A DNA stretch of 64,000 nt, taken from assembly GCA_000146465.1 (NCBI GenBank), contig CP001942.1; one strand, 5' to 3'. The notes beneath the pieces were generated by a model that searched no databases, had not been told where the DNA came from, and saw only the letters and a list, made by a program, of their open reading frames with translations. Numbering within the stretch: the stretch's first letter is position 1; every line of letters begins with the position of its first letter. Shown here one piece after another: positions 1-14,162 of this stretch. The translations under genes were made by a program, and so were the position numbers.

Positions 1-2490
<2,490 letters not shown>

Positions 2491-2517
2491 AAAAAAATTC
2501 CCCCCAATCTCTCAAAT
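2491..2517 (-). other. Short internal transcribed spacer between SSU and LSU (boundaries approximate).
   Basis: It sits between the SSU 3' terminus (the reverse complement of ~2521-2563 reads AAGTCGTAACATGGCTGCTGTTGGAGAACCAGCAGCAGGATC) and the start of the LSU. It has no GTTT tetranucleotide repeats. Confidence 0.5.
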
Positions 2518-3811
2518 ACTGATCCTGCTGCTGGTTCTCCAACAGCAGCCATGTTACGACTTATATCTTATCTAACACGAAGGACTCAGACCTTCCAATC
2601 TTCGTCCACTGCGTCATCTTAGATAGCGACGGGCGGTGTGTACAAAGGACAGGGACCCATTCAAAACAACTTGTTCAATCGTTATTACTAGGAATTCCAC
2701 GTTCAGAAGCCCATTACACAGCTTCATCCCTCACAGCAGGCTCCCTCGCCATCTATCGTAGTGCGCGTGCCGCCCGCTTCATCTCAGGGCATAACGGACC
2801 TGTTCTGTTCCATTCCTCCCTTGCCCCAAAGAGCACTGTCAAAGGGTCTCACATCTTACGCAACTTAATCCAAAGCTCACGCCATCCATTTCAAACGGCC
2901 ATGCACCACCGCCGCGCGCATCCCGTCCTCGTTCTCCTGCCCGCTTCAGAACCGGTAAGTTGCCCCGCGTTGAGTCAAATTAAGCCGCACACTCCACTCC
3001 TTGTGGTGTCCTTCCGTCAATCTCTTCAAGTTTCACTCTTGCGAGCATACTATCCCCAGAACCCACATACTCAAGATTTCTCATGCACAACACTATATAG
3101 TCCCGTCCAGTCGGCATCGTTTACTGCTAGAACTAAAACGGTATCTAATCGATTTCGATCCTCTAGCCTTCGTCCTTCATCGTCACATAAGTCCAAGAGC
3201 ACAGCCTTCGCTTCTGTCCGTCCAGTCAGGGTCTTCGTATTTCACCCCTCGCCCAACTATCCGGTGCCCCTCGTCCTCTGCCAAACCTCTTACATCCACA
3301 TCAGGACATAATCCCCCAAACAAAGACATACAAAAGACTACGGACTTTTTAACTGCAGCATTCACCATAGACACTATTGGAGCAGGTATTACCGCGGCTG
3401 CTGGCACCCGACTTGCCCTCCAATCAATCTCGACTCCTTTACACTCGAAAAAAACTCACTTCTCATAACCGCCTCCCCAAAGGATTAGGCAAGTTTCGCG
3501 CCTGCTGCCATCCTTGGACGTAGTAGCCATCTCTCAGGCTCCCTCTCCGGAATCAAACCCCGATCCCCCGTCTCCCGTCTCCGCCTAGTTAGGCCATTAC
3601 CCTAACTACCAGCTGATAGGCCTACAACTTACTTGGCTCGTGTCAAAAACACTCCTAGCCCCCTACCTGCAGTTTCCCGCAGTTACAGCTCTCCCGCCAA
3701 CCAAATCATCGTACTATCACTGAGCCGTCCGTCAATCCCCCACAAGGTTCATCAACATGCATGGCTTAGTCCCAGAGAATAGCATCCACGTCAGGCAGAA
3801 TCAACCTGGTG
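2518..3811 (-). rRNA. Small-subunit rRNA (16S-like, ~1.29 kb).
   Basis: The reverse complement of 3794-3811 is CACCAGGTTGATTCTGCC, the microsporidian SSU 5' end. The reverse complement of 3388-3407 is GTGCCAGCAGCCGCGGTAAT. The reverse complement of 2628-2647 is CTTTGTACACACCGCCCGTC. AAGTCGTAACA lies near the 3' end. Confidence 0.9.
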
Positions 3812-4170
3812 CTACCCCCCATCAAAAATCTCTCAGATCCCTCATCAACAAACCCCTGGCCACAGCCACATCAAATCCCAAAAAATCCTCCATCCCCACC
3901 GTCAAACACAAATCTCTCTCAGAGGAGACCAAAACTAATCCAAAACCACTCTCTTTTCTCCCCACATCCCAATCCTCCCCCTCGCTCCCCCTTCTCTCCA
4001 TAGCCCCTCCCCCCACATCCCAATCACAACATAGACCCCTCTCAAACCACCCTATGCTCTCAATCTTTTCAATCACACACTTCCTCTACAGGACATTGAA
4101 AAGCCTCTCCTTTAACTTGCTCCTCTCCTTAAATCCTCAAGTACATAAGGAACTTCCCCGCTCACCCCTA
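3812..4170 (-). promoter_or_regulatory. rDNA upstream region: candidate Pol I promoter and 5' external spacer, strongly pyrimidine-rich on the + strand.
   Basis: It lies immediately 5' of the SSU start on the transcribed strand. It is a C/T-rich tract with a repeated ccccacatcccaatc motif at ~3961 and ~4012. It has no credible coding signal except one small low-complexity ORF. Confidence 0.35.
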
Positions 4171-4504
4171 CAATGAACTCCAAGGCTTTTCTTTTCTTCT
4201 CTCTCTCACTCCTCACAGGAATTCTTGCCGAGACCGGATCGTCTTCGTCTTCTGGTAACGTAGAAGGACAAGGAAATGGAGGTGGAGGATCGGGAAATCC
4301 CGGAGGACTGGGAGATCCCTCCTGCGGTACTAATGGAGAAAACGGTGATGATGATGAGTAAAGAAACACTCAAAGGCCCATCGGCACAGACCATACAATG
4401 GCCCTGGCCCTACTCCACATCCCGGAAACAATAGAAGGGGCCCCAAAACCTCTTAATCAGACAAGACATTAAATACTTTCACTAAAGAATGCTCTGTTTA
4501 TTCC

Positions 4505-7087
4505 TCATGCTTCTTCTCGAAGCCCAGAGAGAATCTCCTCTCGGATTCCTTTCATTCTTCGTCTCCACTCAATCTCGTCCTGCACCTTCTCAATGTTCAG
4601 CTGGCTTCCAGGATGCTTGATTCCAGACAGGAACGAAACCACTCGAGACACCATCGCCTCTCCACTCACGTGCCGCAGAGACATAATGATTATGTTATAC
4701 AACATCCCGTTATCATGCACCATCGAACACAGCTCCTCCCCGTGGCTCACAACATATTCAACCATTGCGTCCCGGAACTTGTTTCCTCGGCAGATCACCG
4801 CTATCACCACTCCAATGTCCTCCACATTAAACTTCCCAAGCGAAGACAATATTTTCTCAAAGTTCTCTTGCTTCTGGATCCCTCCGAATCCAAACATCAC
4901 CTCCCGTCGCATCCCAGGCGTGTCTCCCTTCCAGTACTTCTCCATCATGTACTCCAGATTGTCGTCAACAACTCCTTCGTACACAATCCTTCGGAACTCT
5001 CCAAGCTCCTTTCCGCTTCTAAGATGCTCATTCCACATCTCCATAACCTTCTCCTTTGCCACCTTGCTGCCAACCTCAATCCCCACCGACAGTACATACT
5101 TGTCCATGCTGATCTCCTCAACTGATCCTTCCCTCTTCCAAACATCCACAGAAGAAATCCTCCTTTCAATTAGCCCAATAATCTTCTTCTCCACAAGAGA
5201 AACAACCTCCGAGTCGTCATAGAACACACTTCGGATCCGGAGAAGCTTCTCAATGGCACTTCGTCCAACATGGTACGTCTCAGAGTAATACTCTCCAACC
5301 TTTCGAAGTCCTTCCTTTAGTCCTCCATACAGCCCAAACCCAACCCCAAACACATCTTCAATCATGTTCACTCGGTCCTCGCTGCTCATCTCCCCAATCC
5401 TCTTCTCAAGACGCTTAAGCCCATCAAGTCCGTACTTCACTCGGTAAAACCCTCCATACTCCGCATTCATCTTGTATCCCTCCTTCTTCCGAGGAATCTC
5501 CATCTCCTTCCCAGAAAACGAAATACTCTCCTTCTCTCCTCCTTCCCATTCTATCACAACAGGCACCGTCCATACACTCGAATCCCCCTTTCCTATCATC
5601 GAATACCGCGACTGCTTCAGCATAAGTGAAGACTCACGTTCAGACACTTCTACCATAGGATACCCCGCCTGCGAAATCCATCCCTCAACCATCGGCAAAA
5701 TATCCTTTCCATACTCCTTTCCAATCGCCTTCCACAGACTCTCTCCATTCACATTCCCATACATATGCTCTCTTATGTATCGCCGGATCCCCAGCATAAA
5801 TACAGACTCCCCCACATATCTCTCAATCATCCTGATCACACTCGACCCCTTGCTGTAGCTTATCGTGTCAAAAATCTCTCCAATCTCCCCTGCATTCTCA
5901 ACAGCCATTTGGATCTTGTGGCTCTTTCCAAGCCCATCATCAAGCATTCCTCGGATCACATCCCAGAGCAAAAATTCTCCCCACACATCCCAGTCCACAA
6001 CATCCCCGATGTTCTCCATCCCCTTGTACGACATCCATGTTGCAAACCCCTCGTTCAGCCATAGGTCGTCCCACCACTCCATCGTCACAAGGTTCCCAAA
6101 CCACATGTGTGCTAGCTCGTGGCACACTGTCTCCGCCACATTCTTCTTGTCTTCCACACTGCTCTTCCCTGCAACATACAGAAGACTCTCCCGTCGGAAC
6201 GTAATCAGCCCCCAGTTCTCCATTGCTCCACTTCCAAAGCTCGGAATCCCTACCATGTCCACCTTTGCACTCTCCTTCCGTGGAAACTCATATCCAATCC
6301 CAAAGTACTCAGAAAAGTAGTCAATGCATCTCTTTGCAACCTCCAGTCCGTATCTTCCCCACTCCACTTCCTCTCCTTGTCCATACACTCGAAGTCGCAC
6401 TCCCCCCTTGCTCCAGTCCTCAATGTAATTAAGGTCTCCAATCACAAATGCAACAAGGTACGTCGACATCTTGCTTGTCTTCTCAAAATACGAAATCGCC
6501 CTGTCTCCATACTCCTCCCGCTTCTCTTCCTCTTCGGGGCTGTTCGAAAGAACAACAAGCCTCGAGGGCGCATCAATCGAAATCTGGAATGTTGCCTTCA
6601 TGTCCGGCTGGTCAAAACATGGAAACACCCTCCGTGCATCCGTCGGCTCAAAGTGCGTACTATATATCTCCTTCTCTTCCCCACTCTTGTAGAACCCTAC
6701 AAGTCCGTTGTTGTAGTCTCCACAGAACTTCGCCGTGATATATCCCTTCCCCGCCTCAATCTCCTTTTCAAACACAATCCGCACAATCTCGTACTCTTTC
6801 TCCTTCTCCCCCATCACTATCTCTCCAGGAACCTCGGTGTCTCCAACCCGAATCGTCGCCTCCTGAATCTCAAGTTCTTTTGCGTTCATCACTATCTCCC
6901 TTACAGGTTCCAAAATACTCACAGAGATCCCTACCTTTCCGCAGAACCCCACGTCCATCACTTTTACATGCAGGTCGTAATGCTCCGGAATCACAATCTT
7001 CTCCAGTCTTCGCCTGTACGAAGAATCCTCTTCCTGCCTACCCTCAATCATGGGTATCAATCCAATTGCCAATTCAATCCATTTCAT
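4505..7087 (-). CDS. M1-family zinc aminopeptidase (aminopeptidase N-like).
   Basis: 860 aa. It has the GAMEN exopeptidase motif (SGAMENWGLITF) and the HEXXH-(18)-E zinc-binding site (HELAHMWFGNLVTMEWWDDLWLNEGFA). Confidence 0.9.
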   Translation of the reverse strand: MKWIELAIGLIPMIEGRQEEDSSYRRRLEKIVIPEHYDLHVKVMDVGFCGKVGISVSILEPVREIVMNAKELEIQEATIRVGDTEVPGEIVMGEKEKEYEIVRIVFEKEIEAGKGYITAKFCGDYNNGLVGFYKSGEEKEIYSTHFEPTDARRVFPCFDQPDMKATFQISIDAPSRLVVLSNSPEEEEKREEYGDRAISYFEKTSKMSTYLVAFVIGDLNYIEDWSKGGVRLRVYGQGEEVEWGRYGLEVAKRCIDYFSEYFGIGYEFPRKESAKVDMVGIPSFGSGAMENWGLITFRRESLLYVAGKSSVEDKKNVAETVCHELAHMWFGNLVTMEWWDDLWLNEGFATWMSYKGMENIGDVVDWDVWGEFLLWDVIRGMLDDGLGKSHKIQMAVENAGEIGEIFDTISYSKGSSVIRMIERYVGESVFMLGIRRYIREHMYGNVNGESLWKAIGKEYGKDILPMVEGWISQAGYPMVEVSERESSLMLKQSRYSMIGKGDSSVWTVPVVIEWEGGEKESISFSGKEMEIPRKKEGYKMNAEYGGFYRVKYGLDGLKRLEKRIGEMSSEDRVNMIEDVFGVGFGLYGGLKEGLRKVGEYYSETYHVGRSAIEKLLRIRSVFYDDSEVVSLVEKKIIGLIERRISSVDVWKREGSVEEISMDKYVLSVGIEVGSKVAKEKVMEMWNEHLRSGKELGEFRRIVYEGVVDDNLEYMMEKYWKGDTPGMRREVMFGFGGIQKQENFEKILSSLGKFNVEDIGVVIAVICRGNKFRDAMVEYVVSHGEELCSMVHDNGMLYNIIIMSLRHVSGEAMVSRVVSFLSGIKHPGSQLNIEKVQDEIEWRRRMKGIREEILSGLREEA

Positions 7088-7130
7088 TCCCTTTTGTTTT
7101 CGCTTTTTTATTAATACTATTTAATAATCC
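7088..7130. promoter_or_regulatory. A 43-bp divergent promoter region shared by the aminopeptidase (-) and DHFR (+).
   Basis: It is an AT-rich core (tttattaatactatttaataat) between two divergent start codons. This is inferred from the arrangement only. Confidence 0.3.
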
Positions 7131-8659
<1,529 letters not shown>

Positions 8660-8705
8660 AAATCTTCCCTCCAACAAGTATTTAAGTTTTGGGGAAGGAC
8701 AAGCC

Positions 8706-10085
8706 ATGACAAAGGGAAGAGGAGAGGGCTTCTGGACAGGCCCGATGGAAACAGTGGATCCAGAGCTCCATGCCCTGATCTGCGGAGAGGCTGCAAGGCA
8801 GCAAAAGACAATAAATCTGATAGCCAGTGAAAACTACGTCCACCAAAGCGTGATGGAGGCCTGCGGGTCGGTCCTTACCAACAAGTATTCCGAGGGGAGA
8901 GTGGGAGAACGGTACTACGGAGGAACACAATGGATAGACAAGATCGAGACCCTTTGCCAGAAGAGGGCTCTCTCGCTCTTCGGCCTCGACCCAGCAGTCT
9001 GGGGCGTCAATGTCCAACCATACTCGGGGAGCCCAGCCAACTTTGCCGTCTATACAGCCCTCGTTCCTCCCGGAGGAAGAATCATGGGCCTCGATCTTCC
9101 ATCTGGAGGCCACCTGACACACGGATACAGGACAAAGACCAGGAAGATATCGGCCACAAGCGTTTACTTCGACTCAAGAGCCTACAGAATAGGCCCCGAC
9201 GGCTTCATCGACTACAATGCCCTCGAGGATGCCTTCAACAACTTCCAGCCTCACATCCTGATCTGCGGGTACAGCGCATACTCCAGAGACATCGACTACA
9301 AGAGGCTTTCCTCCCTGGCTGCCTCCAACAACGCCTTTCTCTTTGCCGACATCTCCCACATCTCTCCTCTGGTTGCATGTGGCCTGATGAACAGCCCCTT
9401 CAACCACTGCGACGTGGTCATGACAACAACCCAGAAAGGCCTTCGAGGCCCCCGTGGCGCCCTCATCTTCTACAGGAAAACAGTTACAAAGAACGCCGTC
9501 TCCATCGACCTGGACACAAAGATCAACTTCGCCGTCTTCCCCATGCTCCAGGGCGGCCCCCACAACCACACAATCGCTGGAATCGCTTCGGCTCTTCTCC
9601 ACGCCGCAACCCCCGAGTTTGCAGAGTACGCCAGGTGTGTCGTCGAAAACTCTAAAGCACTCTCCGCCCATCTGCTGTCCCTGGGCTTCGACATCCCCAC
9701 AGGCGGAACAGACAACCACATGTTCCTTGTAGACCTCAAGAACAAGGACGTCAACGCCACCGCTGTCGAGCATGTGTGCGACATCCTGGGAATCAGCCTC
9801 AACAGAAACACCATTGCCGGTGACTCAAGCCCCCTCAACCCATCCGGAATCCGCATAGGCACATATGCCGTCACTGCCAGGGGCCTTGGCCCACATGACA
9901 TGAGAGAGCTTGCCGCCATAATCAACGGCGTCGTCGAGCTCTGCAGAGAGACATTCCCAGGGAAGAGCATCCCAAAGGCAGAGCTCCAGAAAACAGCGTC
10001 TGCCCTCTTGTCCTCCAGCCCCGCTGCCGCCGATCTGAAGAAAAGGGTCCTTGCCCTCGTAGACGCCCATCCCATCTACAAGTAG
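8706..10085 (+). CDS. SHMT: Serine hydroxymethyltransferase.
   Basis: 459 aa. It has the LIASENYVHQSVMEACGSVLTNKYSEGRVGERYYGG motif and a PLP-lysine region with typical SHMT architecture. Confidence 0.9.
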   Translation: MTKGRGEGFWTGPMETVDPELHALICGEAARQQKTINLIASENYVHQSVMEACGSVLTNKYSEGRVGERYYGGTQWIDKIETLCQKRALSLFGLDPAVWGVNVQPYSGSPANFAVYTALVPPGGRIMGLDLPSGGHLTHGYRTKTRKISATSVYFDSRAYRIGPDGFIDYNALEDAFNNFQPHILICGYSAYSRDIDYKRLSSLAASNNAFLFADISHISPLVACGLMNSPFNHCDVVMTTTQKGLRGPRGALIFYRKTVTKNAVSIDLDTKINFAVFPMLQGGPHNHTIAGIASALLHAATPEFAEYARCVVENSKALSAHLLSLGFDIPTGGTDNHMFLVDLKNKDVNATAVEHVCDILGISLNRNTIAGDSSPLNPSGIRIGTYAVTARGLGPHDMRELAAIINGVVELCRETFPGKSIPKAELQKTASALLSSSPAAADLKKRVLALVDAHPIYK

Positions 10086-10148
10086 TTTATTAAAAACGCT
10101 TCTTGCCGCCATCTCAGACAATAAAACCCCCTCCCCTTTCCAAAGCTA

Positions 10149-11993
10149 ATGAAGAAAATAGACCGTCGAGCAATATGGAGCAGACTTGCATCCATGCTAA
10201 AGCCCACATCTCCCCACGAGGTTGCAATAGTCGTTGTAATGGCCCTCTGCATCGTCCTTGGAAAGTGGCTTGACGTTGCTTCCATCAAGAAGAGAGGCTC
10301 TATCATCGACACCATAAAGCACATCAAGGACTCCGACAATCCAGGCATGTCCTTGATCTTCCGCAAGGCAACAGCCTTCCTCGTCCTCAGAACCCTCTCC
10401 TCTCTCTTCATCGAGTCCAAGGTCGTCCTCTTCTCCATCATAACAAACAGGATTGTCGAGGACATAACCTCCCGCATTCTTTACCTTGCAATCCACGCCT
10501 CCCATGCTTGCGAAATCAAGCCCACAAGCCTCAACAGGATTGTCGAGAGGGGAAACAAGAAGATCTGCAAGGTCCTTACAAAGATCCTCACCGTCGCCGT
10601 CCCTGCATTCTTCAACCTTGTTCTTCTCCTCAGAGAGGTCTATAGGATGTTTGGCCTCAGATACCTTCTCCCCATCCTCTTCACAATCTCCATCTATGCT
10701 GTCTACACCTTTGTGACCCTGAGGATCCGTTCCTGGTACAAGGAGAGAATCAACTATGCAGACAACTCGGTCTCCAAGAAGATCCACGAGTGTGTCTCAA
10801 ACATGGATCTTGTCAAGACATGCTGCTGCGAGCAGGCCGAGGTCGACAGCCTCCAGGAGATCATAAGGGCAATGTGGACTCTCAAGCTCTCCGACAAGGG
10901 ATGTGTGGCCATAATCAACTTTGGCCAGAGGATACTCTTCACAATCCTCTTTGTCTACTCCGTCCTCAAGGGCACTCCAGATGCCTTTTCCGGCACAATG
11001 ACCATTGGAGACCTGGCAACTCTCTTTTCCTTTGTATTCTCCATCGACCTGTCCATGTGGACACTGGGTGTCATTGCAAGGGACATGGGGTTCTGGCTGA
11101 TAGACTGCGAAGATCTGCTGATCCTCCACGACCACTTGGAGAGGATGGCCAGACAGAGTCCCGCCTCCTCCCTTGCCACAGGCTTCCCGTGTCCCTCTCT
11201 GTCATCCCCCAAGTCCCAAGCCCCTCCAGCCATCGAGTTCGAGGGCGTCAGCTTCGGATATCCAAACGCCCCTCCCATCCTCAGAAACCTGTCCTTCAAG
11301 ATTGCCCGTGGCGAGCGTGTCGGAATCATCGGAAGGCCTGGAAGCGGCAAGAGCTCCATCCTAAGGCTGATCCCGATGCTCCACTCCTACACAGGCTCCA
11401 TCCGCGTCAACGGCCTCGAGCTCCGCAACACCTCCCCTGCTGCCCTCCGCGCCTCCATCGCCTGCATTCTTCAGGACATGCCTTTCTTCGACGAGACTGT
11501 CTTCCACAACATTTCATACGGCCTCCCAGCAACCAGCCTCCAGAAGATCCTCGAGGCATCCAGGAGTGCAGGCCTCGGGCCCCTGCTTGTGAGGCGAGGA
11601 CTCCACTCGGCCATGAAGATGCTGAGCGGCGGAGAGGTCCAGATGGTCTCGATTGCAAGATGCCTGCTCCAGAACAAGCCGCTGATGCTTCTCGACGAGG
11701 TCACGTCGAGGCTGGATGCAAGTGGGGAAAGGGCCATCTTCGACCTGCTGATGGGCCTTCCCGGAAAGACTGTTGTCATGGTCTTCCACGATCTGTGGAT
11801 GGCAGAGCACATGGACAGGATCATCCTGATGGACGCCGGCCGCATAGTCGAGTCTGGAAGCCATGGCGAGCTGATGGAGCTCCGCGGGGAGTACTGGCGC
11901 ATGAAGACGGGGCTAGGAAACTTCAAACCCGCTGCAGGGGACCCATTGCAAAGCCGCCATGCCCCCCTGGATGCAGGATGCAGAGATCTGTAG
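10149..11993 (+). CDS. ABC half-transporter (N-terminal membrane domain plus C-terminal nucleotide-binding domain).
   Basis: 614 aa. The N-terminal part has multiple hydrophobic helices. Walker A is GRPGSGKSS, the ABC signature is LSGGEVQ, and Walker B is LLDEVTSRLD. Confidence 0.85.
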   Translation: MKKIDRRAIWSRLASMLKPTSPHEVAIVVVMALCIVLGKWLDVASIKKRGSIIDTIKHIKDSDNPGMSLIFRKATAFLVLRTLSSLFIESKVVLFSIITNRIVEDITSRILYLAIHASHACEIKPTSLNRIVERGNKKICKVLTKILTVAVPAFFNLVLLLREVYRMFGLRYLLPILFTISIYAVYTFVTLRIRSWYKERINYADNSVSKKIHECVSNMDLVKTCCCEQAEVDSLQEIIRAMWTLKLSDKGCVAIINFGQRILFTILFVYSVLKGTPDAFSGTMTIGDLATLFSFVFSIDLSMWTLGVIARDMGFWLIDCEDLLILHDHLERMARQSPASSLATGFPCPSLSSPKSQAPPAIEFEGVSFGYPNAPPILRNLSFKIARGERVGIIGRPGSGKSSILRLIPMLHSYTGSIRVNGLELRNTSPAALRASIACILQDMPFFDETVFHNISYGLPATSLQKILEASRSAGLGPLLVRRGLHSAMKMLSGGEVQMVSIARCLLQNKPLMLLDEVTSRLDASGERAIFDLLMGLPGKTVVMVFHDLWMAEHMDRIILMDAGRIVESGSHGELMELRGEYWRMKTGLGNFKPAAGDPLQSRHAPLDAGCRDL

Positions 11994-12492
11994 GCTTCTG
12001 GACGAGATCCAGTCCGACATTGACGGGGAGCACGAGGCGTTTGCAAGGAGGGACTTTGAGTGCAAGCTGGAGCACCACAGGAACATCAAGCCTCTGCTTG
12101 GAAAGAGGGACGGGCTTGTCCGCAGGGCAGTTGAGTGCTACTGGGCCCGCGCACTTGCGAACTACAGGCCCGGGGCGGCACTGCTCCCTGTGGATGCACT
12201 CGGCAGGCCAGACACGCGATGGCTGAGATCTCTCGAGGTCGACTACCTCCCTGAATATGGATACAGGGTGCACATGGAGCTCAACGAGAACGAGTTTGTG
12301 CAGAACACTGCGCTGACGAAGAAGGCATATCTTGGGAGGAGAGATGTGGAGAGGAGCGGGGTGCGGTGGAAGGGAGACCTGAGGTGTGCTGTGCTTGGGT
12401 TTTTTGAGACAGACACCCAGGACCTGGACATCTTTGACATCCTCTACGAGCTCTATGTCAACTCAGCCTTCTATTTTTTGAAGTCTCCCTGA
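11959..12492 (+). CDS. NAP/SET-family histone chaperone-like protein. Its start overlaps the 3' end of the ABC transporter CDS by ~23-35 nt.
   Basis: 177 aa. The N-terminal helix with KPLLGKRDGLVRR...YWARALANY resembles the NAP dimerisation helix. The C-terminal VRWKGDLR...LGFFETDTQD...YELYVNSAFYF resembles SET/NAP IKWKSGKDLT...SFFTWFTD. This was recognised from memory only. Confidence 0.55.
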   Translation: MPPWMQDAEICRLLDEIQSDIDGEHEAFARRDFECKLEHHRNIKPLLGKRDGLVRRAVECYWARALANYRPGAALLPVDALGRPDTRWLRSLEVDYLPEYGYRVHMELNENEFVQNTALTKKAYLGRRDVERSGVRWKGDLRCAVLGFFETDTQDLDIFDILYELYVNSAFYFLKSP

Positions 12493-12600
12493 AAGCTTCT
12501 TTTTCAAATTAATTAAAGTCCACAGGAATCCATTCTTCTTGGTTTTATCAATATGATTTACTCCCATTTGCCGAACAAAAAACAAAAATATTTAATTTTT

Positions 12601-13329
12601 TCAATTTAAAGGACGCTGGATATCTTCTATATTATCCGGTATTTGAATCTTAAATGTATAAAAAATAAATATAGACACCAATACCGTAATAAATCTTATC
12701 CTATTATAACCAGGACTATACTTCTCTAAACGTCCCCATTTTAATATCAATAATTCTTTCCATAGTGAAAAAACTCCCATTCCAAGGCCACAAGCCAAGC
12801 AAGCATACGGTAATATGTCCTCTCTTTTCCAAATCCATGAAATAATCATGGAAACAACTAAAACTGCTTGAATAACAATATGGACCAAAATTTCGAACTC
12901 ATATTTTTTAAGCATTGATCTAGGCAAAACATCCAAAGAATTGAATATTATATATACTAAAGCTATGGAAGGACTGCTTTCACCAATGAACTTACTGGTG
13001 TTCTTTACTTTTCCCATGGCAGTAAAAAATACAAAACTTGGAACCAATAAAAAAATAAAAATTGAGCAAATATACAGAAAAACACAGTTAACAAGATATG
13101 ATATTTTCCCTTGAGATTCTGCGAGATTCTTTCTCCATATTCTTATTAGCCAGTAGCTTGATATTTCGATGATGAATGAAAGCTCCACCAACGCTTCTGC
13201 GGCATTAAGTAAATTACTCCAATCTCTTTGTATCTTACAAAATCTGAGGATTCCTGCGACGACCATAGACAGTAGATAAGTGGAGCTTATTGTTATAGAA
13301 CATCTATTTTTTAAATCACTTGCTCCCAT
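12601..13329 (-). CDS. Hypothetical polytopic membrane protein (about 7-8 predicted TM helices) encoded in a strongly AT-rich segment.
   Basis: 242-aa ORF with repeated 18-22 residue hydrophobic stretches. It has no recognisable family motif. Confidence 0.55.
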   Translation of the reverse strand: MGASDLKNRCSITISSTYLLSMVVAGILRFCKIQRDWSNLLNAAEALVELSFIIEISSYWLIRIWRKNLAESQGKISYLVNCVFLYICSIFIFLLVPSFVFFTAMGKVKNTSKFIGESSPSIALVYIIFNSLDVLPRSMLKKYEFEILVHIVIQAVLVVSMIISWIWKREDILPYACLACGLGMGVFSLWKELLILKWGRLEKYSPGYNRIRFITVLVSIFIFYTFKIQIPDNIEDIQRPLN

Positions 13330-13458
13330 TCCCTATTCCATTTTTAAAATTTTATATATCTCCTTTTTGATCCTGTCCTAAAAAGACATAATCTCACACA
13401 GACTAAAACATAAATAAAATACAGCATAACTGTAAAAATATATCTAAGAAATCTGATT

Positions 13459-14070
13459 TTATTCCTCAATGAAAAGAACACCTCTTGGATAAAGTCCGGG
13501 TATTTCGGATATCTTCTTTTTGTTTCTTTCAATGGGAGTTACATGATTCATCTTAAACAGATTAAATCTCTTCTTGTTTAACTTTGTTTCAATTTTTCGG
13601 AAAAGATCCTCGATAGTATCGTCTTTAGAAAACCCCAGTATGGAAGAGGTTCCGTCTCCAAACCACAGTTTTATTTTACAGTCTGAAATATCCTCGCTTT
13701 TCTCAATATCTGTACTTATAAGCTTTTCATCTTCCAGCCTTTCTCTTTCAAGCTTCTCTGCCATATCTGCCTTAATCTGATTTATAAGTCTCTCTTTGTA
13801 AAGTTTTTCTTTCATTATCTCCTCCTTCCTCTTCTTTTCAAGCTCTACTGCCTCTCTTGACATTTTGTTATCATATTCTTTTTTAGCCTCCTTGACACCT
13901 TTATGAGTTCTGTTTTGGCTAGAGTTTATAATAAAGTTGACTAGGGCATCGATATCCTTCGATCCTGTTTCCTTTATTGCATTCTCGATCTCTTCTTTTG
14001 TGAATCCGCTCTGGACCAGATAGTTTACCACTTCTTCCTTGCTTGTCTCGGTTTTGTTTCTTTCCTCCAT
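13459..14070 (-). CDS. UBA-UBX domain protein (p47/UBXN1-like Cdc48 cofactor).
   Basis: 203 aa. It has an N-terminal UBA-like EEVVNYLVQSGFTKEEIENAIKETG, a central charged coiled coil, and a C-terminal UBX-like KIKLWFGDGTSSILGFSKDDTIEDLF...PRGVLFIEE. Confidence 0.75.
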   Translation of the reverse strand: MEERNKTETSKEEVVNYLVQSGFTKEEIENAIKETGSKDIDALVNFIINSSQNRTHKGVKEAKKEYDNKMSREAVELEKKRKEEIMKEKLYKERLINQIKADMAEKLERERLEDEKLISTDIEKSEDISDCKIKLWFGDGTSSILGFSKDDTIEDLFRKIETKLNKKRFNLFKMNHVTPIERNKKKISEIPGLYPRGVLFIEE

Positions 14071-14162
14071 CCTGGGGATACTTCCAAGAGACCTTATTGA
14101 TTCAGGGAAATCAGTAAAGACTAAAAGTAATTAAAATAGGCCTAATTTATTTACTCTACTTC

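Noticed and set aside
10790-12226. A 478-aa ORF (+) in an alternative frame across the ABC transporter and NAP-like genes. Other long antisense or alternative-frame ORFs are similar (6119-7114, 8930-9655, 9174-9773, 9470-10075, 10197-10787, 11471-12046).
   Set aside because: The translations are Pro/Arg/Gly/His-rich and the frames overlap well-supported genes. Long open alternative frames are an expected artefact of GC-rich coding sequence.
13344-13532. A 62-aa ORF on the minus strand overlapping the 3' end of the UBA-UBX gene.
   Set aside because: It overlaps a well-supported gene in another frame. Its AT-rich, Phe/Tyr/Ile/Arg-rich translation is typical of noise.
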